Positions 22,601 to 34,600 of a stretch of 60,000 nucleotides of DNA are shown piece after piece. Numbering within the stretch: position 1 is the stretch's first letter; each line of letters starts with the position of its first letter. A model generated the notes under the pieces. It worked only from the letters and a program-made list of their open reading frames with translations. It had not been told where the DNA came from and ran no database searches. Source of the stretch: Felis catus (taxonomy: Eukaryota); NCBI RefSeq assembly GCF_018350175.1, contig NC_058383.1, positions 6,202,001 through 6,262,000 on the forward strand. The letters are read 5' to 3'. The position numbers were made by a program, and so were the translations under genes.

Positions 22601-25600
22601 CTTTTGGCTCATCCCCTCACCCCGCCAGACCTCTTTGTGGAGCCACCTTCGCCATTTAGTTAGCCACGATGGTAAATGCTCGGCTCACTAGTCAGCGCTT
22701 TTTACACCTTACTCTTGCGTAAAATACTTTCTTCGTGTAAAATGCAAGGAGAGGTAACGAGTTTATCACAGAGCTTCCCGTTTTCATAAGCCATGTGTGT
22801 GTGTTTTTCATTTTTTATTTAAGCTTTACCGTGGAACACTTTGAGAAATGTTTCGCGGAGACTGATCGCTCTTTTCTTTGCTCTCTAGCGATTGTAACTG
22901 CATATGAAAACAGTTCTCAGCACGATCCAAGTTCAAACAATGCCATGCTCGGGGTGCATGCGTCTGCTTCTGCGATCATCCAGTATGGGAAAATTGCCCG
23001 AAAACAAGGACTGGTCAATGTAGCTCTGGACATACTAAGTCGTATTCACACTATTCCAACTGTGCCTATTGTGGATTGCTTCCAGAAGATTCGACAGCAA
23101 GTCAAATGCTACCTCCAGCTGGCAGGAGTCATGGGGAAGAACGAGTGTATGCAGGTACAGTGACAGCGGAAGCCCCTTTGCTGAGGCGGTCCGGCGAAGA
23201 GCGAGTGCCCACGTGCGAACTCCTGGTGCAGATTGTAGGGAAAGCGAGCCAGAACTTTCTGAAAGCACAGCGTCGTTAGTGGGAGACTGTCCTTTCAAAA
23301 ACCGAAAGGGAAAGGAAAGCACTGGAGCGTTTGAAGTACATTTTATGGTCTCAGCTCTATACTACGCTTGGTTAAGGTTATGTAAGGAAAGAAAATGAAA
23401 AACTGATTATGAGGGTATAAGGGAGATTTTGACGACGATCAGAGGAACGCTAATAAAAACGAAGAGACGAACTAGACGCATAAAGCTATAGAAAAAAACA
23501 GTATCCTTTAAGGTGTCCAGCACTGAATCTGGCATTTAGCAATTCACTTAGGAGCTGTCTGTCTGTCTATCTAGAGCTGTTTGTGGGGGGCGAGGTCTGC
23601 TGTCAACTTCACGTACATTTGTCGATGACCTTTAGGGCTTACCGCCTAGGTAAATATTTTGATGAAATTTCAGTAACTCTTTTCCTACTTTGTTTGTTTG
23701 TTTGTTTGTTTTTAAACAGGGCCTTGAAGTTATTGAATCTACAAACCTAAAATACTTCACAAAAGAGATGACTGCTGAGTTTTACGCCCTGAAGGGAATG
23801 TTCTTGGCTCAGATCAACAAGTACGTATGTTACGTAGAAGGAGAGTAAGAGGAAAATTCGTCAGATTATGTAAATAGTTTTTGATAACTTGAAGTGCCTG
23901 TGAAGCTCAAAGTCTGTATGGTTCGGTGACAGTTGTCAGGTGTGATGTTTCAGGTGTCCTATCTCTGTGAAGATAGTAAGTTGCGGCAGATTGGTAAGCC
24001 AGTTTGATGTATAGAACTTAGAGGCGTTTTTTTTTTAAAAATGAGTTGCTTGAACACAAAAATGCTGATGGCATGGGTTCATTTCCCCATTTTCGCAGCA
24101 TGACATTTTGGACCAGAGGTGATTCCATTCCTTTTATGGAGACATTTCCTGTTTTAGAGCAGGGGACCAGTCAGTAGTACCATGCAGGCCAAACCCAGCC
24201 AGGATCTGGTTTTTATAAGTGATGTGCTGGGACACACCGATCCCCACTGACACTGCCTGTGTGGCCACTTTCACACTACAGCCACAGTTGTGACAAATTG
24301 TTGGGCCCACGAAGCCTGAACCTGCTTATCATCTGGTGCATTACAGAAAAAGGTCACAGAATCCTGTTTTGCAGAAATGCACATCAGATGAAGTTTTATA
24401 AGAAGTGTACAAATGAGATATACTGACAAGATGCTGCTCGATGCCATATGTAGAGTTTGAAGCGCTCTCAAACTCTCACGTTTTCAACAATAGGGGTTTA
24501 CTTCTTTAGCTTATTTTAAATAAGGAAGTGATTTTGTCAAAGTAAAAGTTTTTTGTTGTTGTTGTTTTTAGTGTTTTAAATTCACATGACATAAAATAAC
24601 CCATTTGAAAGCATACGGTTCAGTGGGTTTTAGTACATTCACAGAGTTGTACACATCACCACCCGCTATTTCTAAAACCTTTCGATCATCCCCAAAAGAA
24701 ACCACATACCTGTTAGCAGTCACTCCCTATTTTCTCCTTCCTTTGTCCCCTGACAGCTGCTAATCTTTTCCTATCTCTATGACGTGCCCATTCTCAACAT
24801 TTCGTATAAACGGAACCATACAGGCTGTGGCCTTTTGTGCCCAGCTTCTCACGCAGCATCATGGTTTCAAGGGTTGTCTGTGCTGTAGCCGATGCAAGTG
24901 CTTTGCTCCACTTTGTGGGTAAAGAACGCTCCACTGTGTGTCTATACATTTTATTTATCTGCTCAACAGTTAATGGGCATTTGGATGGTTTCTGCTCGTG
25001 GCTGCTGTGAGTCATGTTGCTGTGAACGTTCACGTACAAGGTTTTGTGTGAGCATGTGCTTTCACTGGTCTTGGGGACACATACTTCAGAGTGAAATCAC
25101 TCTGTGGCATGTGGCACTTTATCTTTTTGAGAATCTGCAAAATGGTTTTGCACAGTGGCTGCTCCATTTTACATTCCCACCAGCAGTCTCTATGCTTTCC
25201 AGTTTCTCCGCATCTTTGCCAACACTCATTACTTCCCACTTTGCTGATCACGGCCGTGCTGGTGCCTTGCTGCAGTGTTGACCGTCCTTTTCCTGGTGGT
25301 GGGTGGTGTTGAGCATCTATCCTTCTCCCCGGAGACGTGTGTTCGGTTATTTTGCCCATTTCTTAGTTGGATTATCTGACTTTTTACCTTCGAGCTCCGG
25401 TTCTTACACGTGTGGACGAAGGTCTCTCTGTCGGGTGTGTCACTGCAACACCTCAGTTCTTGCCGGTGCCCCCAACGCACACAGCCTCTCGTTTCGAAGT
25501 CCAGTGCATCCATTTTCTTAGGCTGCTCGTACTTCTGATGCCATAGCTAAGACCCCACCACCGAACCCACGGTCACAAGATTTACTTCTGTGATTTCTTG

Positions 25601-28600
25601 AAAGAGTCTTACGGGTTTAGCTCTCGCATTTAGGTCTTTAACCATTTTGAGTTAATTTTTATACGTGGCATGAGGTAGTGGTCCAGATACGTTCTTTGGC
25701 ACTTGTACGTACTGTGTCCCAGCACCATTCCTTGAAAAGACTTACTTCCCCGTAGAATGACCTTGGCACCCTTTTTGAAAGTTAGTCGACCAGAGGAATC
25801 CAGGTTTGCTTCTGGACACTCGGTTCCGTCCCCTGATGTACGTCTGTCCTTACACGGCTGCCACACCGTGTTGCTCACTGTTGCTTTGCAGTAAAGTTTG
25901 AAACAGGGAAGTGTTCTTCAGCTTGATTCTTGTTCGAGATTGTTGGCTGTTTGGAGTCGCTAACATTTTTCCACGTGAACGTTAGGTTATCCATTTCTGT
26001 AAAAGAGGCAGCCAGGGTTGTAGAGCTTGAATCCGTAGGTTAACTTGGGGAATATTGTCATCATAATGATATTAAATCTTCCCGTTCACGAACACAAGAG
26101 GTGTCTATCTTTGCTTCATTTAACAGTGTTTTATAGCTCTTAACGTCCAAGTCTTGCATTTTTTGTGTTAAATGATTCCTAAAAGATCTTAATGTTACTG
26201 TAAATCATTTTCTTAACTTGATTTCTAGATTCCCCATTGCTAAAGTATAGAGATACAACTGAATTTTGTATACTTCTCTTACATTTTCAACTTTGTGAAG
26301 TGTTTATTTACTCTGATCATTTTGTGTGTGTGTGTGTGTGTGTGGATTCTTGGGGGTGTTCTTCACGTAAGATCGCGTCATCTGCAAATGGAGATAATTG
26401 TACATCTTCGTCTCCAATCTGGATGCCTTTGCTTTTTTCTTGCCTAATTGCTCCACCTGGGACTTTCAATACTGAGTTCAGGAGAAGTGGTGAAAGTTCT
26501 TGCCTTTTTCCTGATCATAGAGGAAGACCTTTCAGCCTTTCCGCACTGAGTGTGATGTTACCCAGGGTCTTTTTGTGTGTGGCCTTTATTCTGTTAGGGT
26601 AGTTTCCTTCCATACCTAATTCGTGGGCCGTGTTTATCATGAAAGGGTGTTGGATTTCATCAAATGCTTTTCCTGTACCAACTGATGGGCTCCATGTTTT
26701 TCCTCTTCATTCTGTTCATGTGATGCATCACATGGGCTGACTTTTTGTTTGTTGATCACCACCTTGTGTTGCAATAAATCTCATTTGACCTTGATCATGG
26801 TGTATGATCCTTTTCATGCGGTTGGATTCGATCTGCATTTAGATTCACAAGGGGCAGGAATATCTAGTTCTTTCGTGTCTTGTACGTTGTTGGAAGATGC
26901 AAAACCGTCTCTTATTTGCAGCTAGTGACGTGGTGCAATCACTGTGGAAAATGGTTTGTCAGCTCCTCAAAAAATTAAATGCAGAATTATCCTGTGACCT
27001 GGGAATTCCAGTCTTAGATGCATAGCCAAGAGAATTAGGAATGGTGCCCAAGTAGGCACTTGCTCACGAGTGTTCATAGCAGCTCTGTGCACAGTAGCCG
27101 GCACAGACAAAACTTGGCAAAACAGCTCAAGTGAACGGGTAAGCAGTGCAACGGACAGAAGTGAGACGTAAAAAGGAACGAGAGGCTGACGCTGCCTACA
27201 ACATAGGTGAACCTCAGACGCTGTGCTGAGAGAAGCCAGACGCAAAATCACATGATACGTAATCCCGTTTATACGAACCATGCGGATTAGGTCAAGGCAC
27301 AGAGCCAGAAAGCTGGCTGGCAGTCACCAGGGGCTAAAGGTTGGGGGAAACGGAGACCGACTGCTCCGTGGTGTGGGTTTCGTTTTGGGGTGATGACAGT
27401 GTTTTGGAACCCAATTGAGTAGCAGTTGTATGACATTTTGAGTGTACTAAACGCCATTGAATTATCCATCTTAAAATGCTTGGTTTTATGTTACACAAAG
27501 CTCACCTAAAAATAATTATCCTCTGATTTGTGTCCTCTCAGATCTGAGGAAGCAAACAAAGCCTTTTCTGCAGCTGTACAAATGCACGACGTGCTGGTGA
27601 AAGCTTGGGCCATGTGGGGCGACTACCTGGAGAACATCTTCGTGAAGGAGCGGCAGCTGCACCTCGGGGTGTCCGCCATCACCTGTTACCTGCACGCCTG
27701 CCGGCATCAGAATGAGAGCAAATCGAGGAAATACTTAGCCAAGGTGAGAACGAAAGAACCGGTTTTCCCCGAGGGCCTCCAGTAACCTTAAGGCTTCCAC
27801 GAGGAATCGGCTGTTTCCTAATCCGTGCTGGGGTAGGGGGGACTGTCTCACACCTGCACCATCGGTCCCCGTCACTCTTGACAGCATCTGTCATGGTTCC
27901 ATTTGCGAACTAAGAAAACATGAGTCCGGTGTTCTTTGTGGGGTCTCCCTCTGGAGACTGCCGGGGAGGCTGTCGGCGGGCGGGGTGGGGGGAGCAGTGC
28001 TTACCTGCTGGACACCCCATAGATGCTCACATCTCACCTGCAGGGAAGGTGCACACGGTCACAGAGCTGCTCAGCTCTAGTCGCAGGGGGCGTGGGATCC
28101 TCTGACTTCCACAGACACTGCAGGGTGAGGTCATAGCTGCTAGAGTTCTTGTCCCATATCACCCCAGCACCGTGCCATGGACCATGCCTAAGGTGACTGC
28201 TTGACCCTGAGGCTGCTTCCTCAGCGTGGCTTCTCGTCTTTTTACTTATGTAATTCTTATCAATTTATTCAAGAAACAGAAACAAAACCCAGAATTAATC
28301 CTTGTAGAAAATGTTTTGTTTCTGTTTTGTCTGTTAAGGGTTTGGGTTTCTTAGGATTCCTTGATTTGACTCAACATCTGGAATGAATGTCAGCACCTAG
28401 TATTTAAAAGTGACCCTAGAAACACAGACTAGCTATAGTGATGCAAAGAAGCTGCCTAAGTATCTGACTTCGGATTTGCCTACTTCTCGATATAATTGTT
28501 GCAGACAGTGGACACCAGGCTGCCAGCGTGTGGCCCACCTGACGCCGGGGTGCTGTTCATCAGAGATTTTTGGCAAAAGGCCATTTTGTTTTGGTGAGGT

Positions 28601-31600
28601 CGTGAGTGTGAATTCGGAGGTCACTGGCCACTGGTCGCTGACAGGTTGGGGCAGTTAATGATTATCAGTAATGCTGAGTCTACATAAGAACCGTGTGCAC
28701 ACTTGGGTTTTTATCCGTCTGTGATTTATACGTGAAGTTTAGCAGCATTGGCCATTTCGTACTTACTTTTCACACATTGCCCATAAGGCTATCCTATGTG
28801 CTATGTTGGGGAAAAGGTACCGGATTAAGGGCGTCAGAATTTTTATTCACCTCTAGGATTTTTCCTCCTGTCTTAGGTGCTGTGGCTTCTGAGTTTTGAT
28901 GACGACAAAAATACTTTGGCAGATGCTGTCGACAAGTACTGCATCGGCGTGCCGCCCATCCAGTGGCTGGCCTGGATCCCCCAGCTGCTCACCTGCCTGG
29001 TTGGCTCCGAGGGAAAGCTGCTTTTGAACCTTATTAGCCAGGTGCGAATAACAAGGTCTCTTTGTTCACGAGAAAATTATGTCTTCATTTCACATTGTTT
29101 TTTTCTGGAAAGAAAGTGCATGCTCAAAATACTGAAAATAAGTGAAAGATAGGAAGATGTACACATTTAGACATCACTTGATCTGAAGCACAATTAGATG
29201 TGATCGAAGAATTAGGGGCACCTGGGTGGCTCAGTGTGTTAAGCATCCAACTTCACTTCAGGGCATGATCTCACAGTTTGTGAGTTCGAGCCCCGTGTCG
29301 GGCTCTGAGCTCCGTGCTGACAGCTCAGGGCCTGGAGGCTTCTTTAGATTCTCTGTCTCCCTCTCTCTCTGTCCCTCCCCTGCTCGCTCACTCGCTCGCG
29401 CTCTCTCAAAAAATAAAAGCCTTAAGAAAAAAAAAAAAAAGAAGTGATTGAAGAATAGGTCAAGGTTGCAGTGAGATAATCCACTCGGTTGTTACGTGTT
29501 AAAATGCTAATTTTTTTTTGCTTGCGTATGATGCCACATAAAGATGCAGATGAAACAAGCATTCTCTTAAAATGTACAGTTACTAGTGATTACCCTGAAA
29601 TACAGTGAAATGCGTATCTGATCGTAGCTGGTTTCCCATCATCGTGCCGGAACCCTTTGGAGCCTCCCTTCAAACTGAAGTCAGCATAATGGTAGCCTTG
29701 TCCCACCTCGTGCAGTTGTGCAGGGTGAAAGCTGTGTGCACTGGGGACGGGCTTTGGAGATGGGACACACTGGGGTCCTATGGGCTTTCATGACTATTAG
29801 TTGAGATGATTTCAGATGGTCCCTCTTCTGTGAGAAGCCTGCTGGGTAGAGGAAGGACCCAGACAGTAGACATTTGGAGACTGTTCTGTCTCATGTACAG
29901 TCCTCTTGACTGTGTTTCTTTCTGTAAAGTTAGCCCCGTGACTGACTTCATGAATGAAGTGGCTCCCAACTGAGCGTTTAGGAATATGACGCTCATCTGT
30001 CTTTACATGAGATGCATCATCCACGTTGTACCCAGAAATGGTTTTACTTTTTCCCTCGAGAGACTGCAGCTATGTTCCTCGGTGCTGGCATTTTGCTTGA
30101 CGTTTATCTGCTCGATTCAGTCCATTTGGTATTGTCCTCATTGAACGTCTAGAGCTAGATGTCGTTGGTGTCTTCTGGGCACATTTTGAAGAGTGTGAGT
30201 AACATGATAGTAGCTATTCAGACCTTTGGAAGAAGCCATAAAGCCCCAGTTTGGTAAGACTGGTGTTTCTTATCTTAAATAGAAAATCTTCAGCATCCTC
30301 CTTGCTGCCGTCACGTACAATAAAGTTCTTCACTAATGAACCTAATAGAATCGGTTCCCAGTGAATTGCCTAACATAAAGACTGACTGGTGTCATGTTGT
30401 GCTTCCCTGTTACTTACCCAAGTAGGATCCAGGGACCAGTGTGTTTTGCCCTCCTCAGATTTGCCAAATCAAACGAAAGTGGTTTCTCTGTCATTAACCA
30501 TCCGTCCCTAGGCAGAACCAGTCGGGCACCACGTTGATCTCTCTCAGATCTTTCGAGGGAAACTAGGTATTTTACCTGCTGTTTAATCCGAACTCGTGTA
30601 TTAGCTCAGTGGTATAGTATTTTGCCTCCTTGGTCCAGATGCAGACCCCCACCCATTTATGAACGACAAGTTATTTTCCATACAAATTGTCCTCATCTAG
30701 AAGCACAGTGGTGAGCAGTGCTCTTTATGCTCCGTGTCTCTGAGCAGGTTGGACGCGTGTATCCCCAGGCGGTCTACTTTCCCATCCGGACCCTGTACCT
30801 GACCCTGAAAATAGAGCAGCGGGAACGCTACAAGAGCGGTATGTCTCGGGCGGGGCCAGCTGGCCAGACCGAGGAGGGCTCACTGCATGGGGGCATTCCA
30901 TGTGCCGACGGCTGTGGACACGCTCCCGCCCTCAGCCTGTCTGTCTCTAGCCAGTGAGAGGACACTTCGGGGCTGGGAGGCAAAACCTGATCACTGAGGG
31001 AAGTCAGTGGTTTGCCGTTGCTGTGGTTTAATAGGGTTTGTTTACCTGAGTGATTTGGTCCATAAGTAGAAAAAAATATATGAAATTTTTACCTCAAATT
31101 GTAAAGTTCAGTAATGCGTCCTGGTAAGCAATATAAGTGTCACCTACTATACGTGTCCTTTATAAGAAATATCTTCTGCTGTCAGAAGAATCCGCATAGA
31201 AATCAGTCTTACCAGATGTGAAAATTTACTCAAACCAGAAGGGTTTTAATCCATATTGAACAGTACTCGTATGTTAATAACTTACTAATGGTTTCAGTTG
31301 CCCACTGCACATGGTACTGTGTGAGCAGTTGAAGCCCCTTTGCTTCAGGACGTTTTTAACACCCGGTTGTTTATGCTGCAAGGCCAGAGACTATTTAAAA
31401 AGGTGACCTGACCCACTGGGCACGTTTGCACCCCCAGCTGATGAGCTGGGTGAGCCAGGGACTGCACGCACGTCTCTGTGCTGGCCTCACGGCCACCACA
31501 CCCAGGTGGATGTGTGGTTTGGTCGTTTGAAAATTAAGGTTTTTTTCTTCTGACTGAGCCGAAGCTAGAAAAATGGCCCTTGGGTTCTACGACATATTTC

Positions 31601-34600
31601 TCACGTGGCAGATGACTGTATTTTTAAAAAATACCTTTTTAACGTACGTGGTCTGGCTTTCCTCAATGAGAACATGGAGACTTGCCCATTAAGTACGTTC
31701 AGATTCCCTGAGCTGTCTGCAAGGAATGTGAAGAATTTTTTTCCAAACACTTAAAAAATGCTCAAACTTTGAGCAAAGTTAAAAAGGAGAGGACCACAAA
31801 CACTCATGCACCCTCACCTCACTTCACCGCTCAGCACACGGGCCTGTTCGCTTTCCGCCGACACACTGGAGGCCAGGCTGTAGGCAGTGGCGTTCTGCGG
31901 GCCTGAGTCCCTCGGTGCACCTCTCCGCGGAGCCGGGGCGGCTCCCACCCAGCCCCCGGGGAGCCGGCTGTCGTGATGTGCTAACACGCCGGCAGGAACA
32001 GCGTTGCTTTGGCCGATGGGTCCTCTAGAGCACCGAGCTCTCGCATCGGGCCAGTTTTGCGCTGACATTGGCGTTGTGTGTGTTGCTCTCAGATTCTGGA
32101 CAGCAGCAGCCAAGTTCAGTGGGTAACCAGTCCCATTCTGCATCAGATCCAGGGCCCATAAGAGCAACAGCACCAATGTGGCGCTGCAGCCGAATCATGC
32201 ACATGCAGCGAGAACTGCACCCAACTCTTCTGTCTTCCCTGGAAGGCATCGTCGATCAGATGGTCTGGTTCAGAGAAAACTGGCACGAAGAGGTACGTGC
32301 AGAGAACCCATCGTCCCGTGTGCTTTGGGCCGTGTCGCCTTCAGATTGGGTGCCTGCTCATTTATGTCTGTGTTGTCGAATCGAACAGTAGAGTAAGCAG
32401 ATAGTTAATGTTTGCGCACTAATGCAGCCCCGAATATTTGAAGCAGGAAACTTGAGAAGGAGGTGAAATTGAGAAAGTTCCGCTGGCCTTGACGTGCTTA
32501 TTACTGTGCTCAATTAAGTATCACTTAGCAGCAGTTCCCCGGGCCGCGGTGGTGGTGGGTGTGCGCCGGGTGCAGGTGTAGGTAGCAGAGGCGGAGTTGG
32601 TCCTCCAGTGAGCTTTTCCACAGCCAGGCCCTCTCCTTAGTGGTGTTAGCAGTGCAAGCTGATGACAGAGTGATGAGCCCTGTTGTCTAGATGTTCATCT
32701 TGTTGGCCCAGAGGCCCCCTTGTTACTGTTACCTTATGTGTGTGTCAGACACGCAGCAGTAACTTCAGAACTAGCTGCATAGAAAGGGTTTTCCGACAAC
32801 AGAAGGGTATGTGTGTGACCCAAAATGTGGAGTTTGGGTTTGGGTTTTTTTCTTTCTCTCTCTGTTTTTTTTTTTTAATGTTCAAGACACTTAGTCCCCA
32901 TCATTAAAAACTCAGCTGACACCGCGGAGTGCACAGGCGTTCTGTCCCTTCTGTGCTGATTTTACACATGCTGTGTGCCGGGAGGCGGCGGTGGGACCTG
33001 CCGAGCAGGTGCCGTGTGGTTGGTTAGCCGCTTGAACTGGGAGCTCTGTTTTGTGCATTGTCTTGGGTCTCTTTCCACTAGGTTCTCAGGCAGCTCCAGC
33101 AGGGCCTGGCGAAGTGTTACTCTGTTGCATTTGAGAAGAGCGGGGCGGTGTCGGATGCCAAAATTACCCCCCACACTCTAAACTTTGTCAAGAAGTTGGT
33201 GAGCACGTTCGGAGTGGGCCTAGAGAACGTGTCCAACGTCTCGACCATGTTCTCCAGCGCGGCCTCTGAGTCCCTGGCCCGGCGGGCACAGGCCACCGCC
33301 CAGGACCCTGTCTTCCAGAAGCTGAAGGGCCAGTTCACAACCGGTGAGTCCCTTCCCTATACCTACGGAGAGTTCCACTTGGCTGTTGTTGGTCTGTCTT
33401 TAACATCTCAGCCAGCTAGTTCCTTGTTTTCGTGAGCACTCTACTGGGTGAGCTTTCAGCACTCTGTTTAAAATGTAGCCTCAGGTCACAAGGTCACAAG
33501 GTCACGGTGACTCTTGCCAGCCTGTGGTTGCCTGTCCTTCTCTGAAGTGAAGGGTTAAGGTTTGGAACCAGGCTCCGCCTGAGGGATGGGGGGTGTAGGG
33601 AAGAGGAGGGTTTCAGGCTAAACCTGCCCTCCCCTCCCCCCCCCCCCCACACTTGGTTTTTGTAGGAAAATTGAACAGTGTGAAGCGAGGCAGTGGGCTC
33701 AAGGTGACAAGTAGGGCTCAGACTCATAGTGGATTCAGGTGGCAGAATGACCAGGTCGCATCATCATCAGTTGTCCCTGGTTTGGGTCCAGGCCTTTTCC
33801 GAGAGCCCCAGGAGTATGAACCTTGGCTCCAGCCTGGTGTGGTCGAAGGCGAGCAGGTCCGATCTCCCGGGGCCTCAGTCTTCATCTGCCAGACGGGGGC
33901 CCTGGTTCCCACAGCGCGTGTGCACAGGGGCCGACCGTGTCCCCCACGCAGCCTATCTTGCCACCTGTGTCCTGCCACCACCCTGCCAACCTGCCCACCC
34001 TCTGGCGGAGGAGCACCGGGGCTCAGTGCGTCTAAAGTATCTTTTAACAACTCACGTCACAGAGAACACGGCTGGAAACCTGCGCTGCGTAGACTCTGTT
34101 GAAATCACATAAAAGAAAATATGTCCCACTAATTACACAGGATGCTTTGCAGCTACAGCCATGACTGACTTTTGATCCATCCAGGATAGGGTGTGTCCTG
34201 CCATCATTCCAGGCACCCCGGGGCCCCCGGGTGTCTTCCCCTGCTTTGTGAGCTGGGCATTAAAGGTAACACTGGACTCGCCTTAAGGTCGAGGGGCTTC
34301 CCCTGCTGATCCCACACCTTGAAGAAGATGCTCTTTGAGCGATAAAATACGAGCTTTTCATATCTTTTACCCTGAAGCACTTTGGTCACCTTAGATTATT
34401 TTCCTTGTGATGTTCACGTGACATGCTGTCAGTCTTTCCTGAAAAAGGAAAACTCTGAGGTGAATTTTGTGGAGACTGTCGTATTTTACTTAAAAAATAG
34501 GACATTAAGTCTTTTTTTTTTTTTTTAAGTTTATTTTTGAAAGAGAGAGAGAACACAAGTGAGGGAGGGGCAAAAAGAGAGAGGGAGAGAGAATCCCAAG

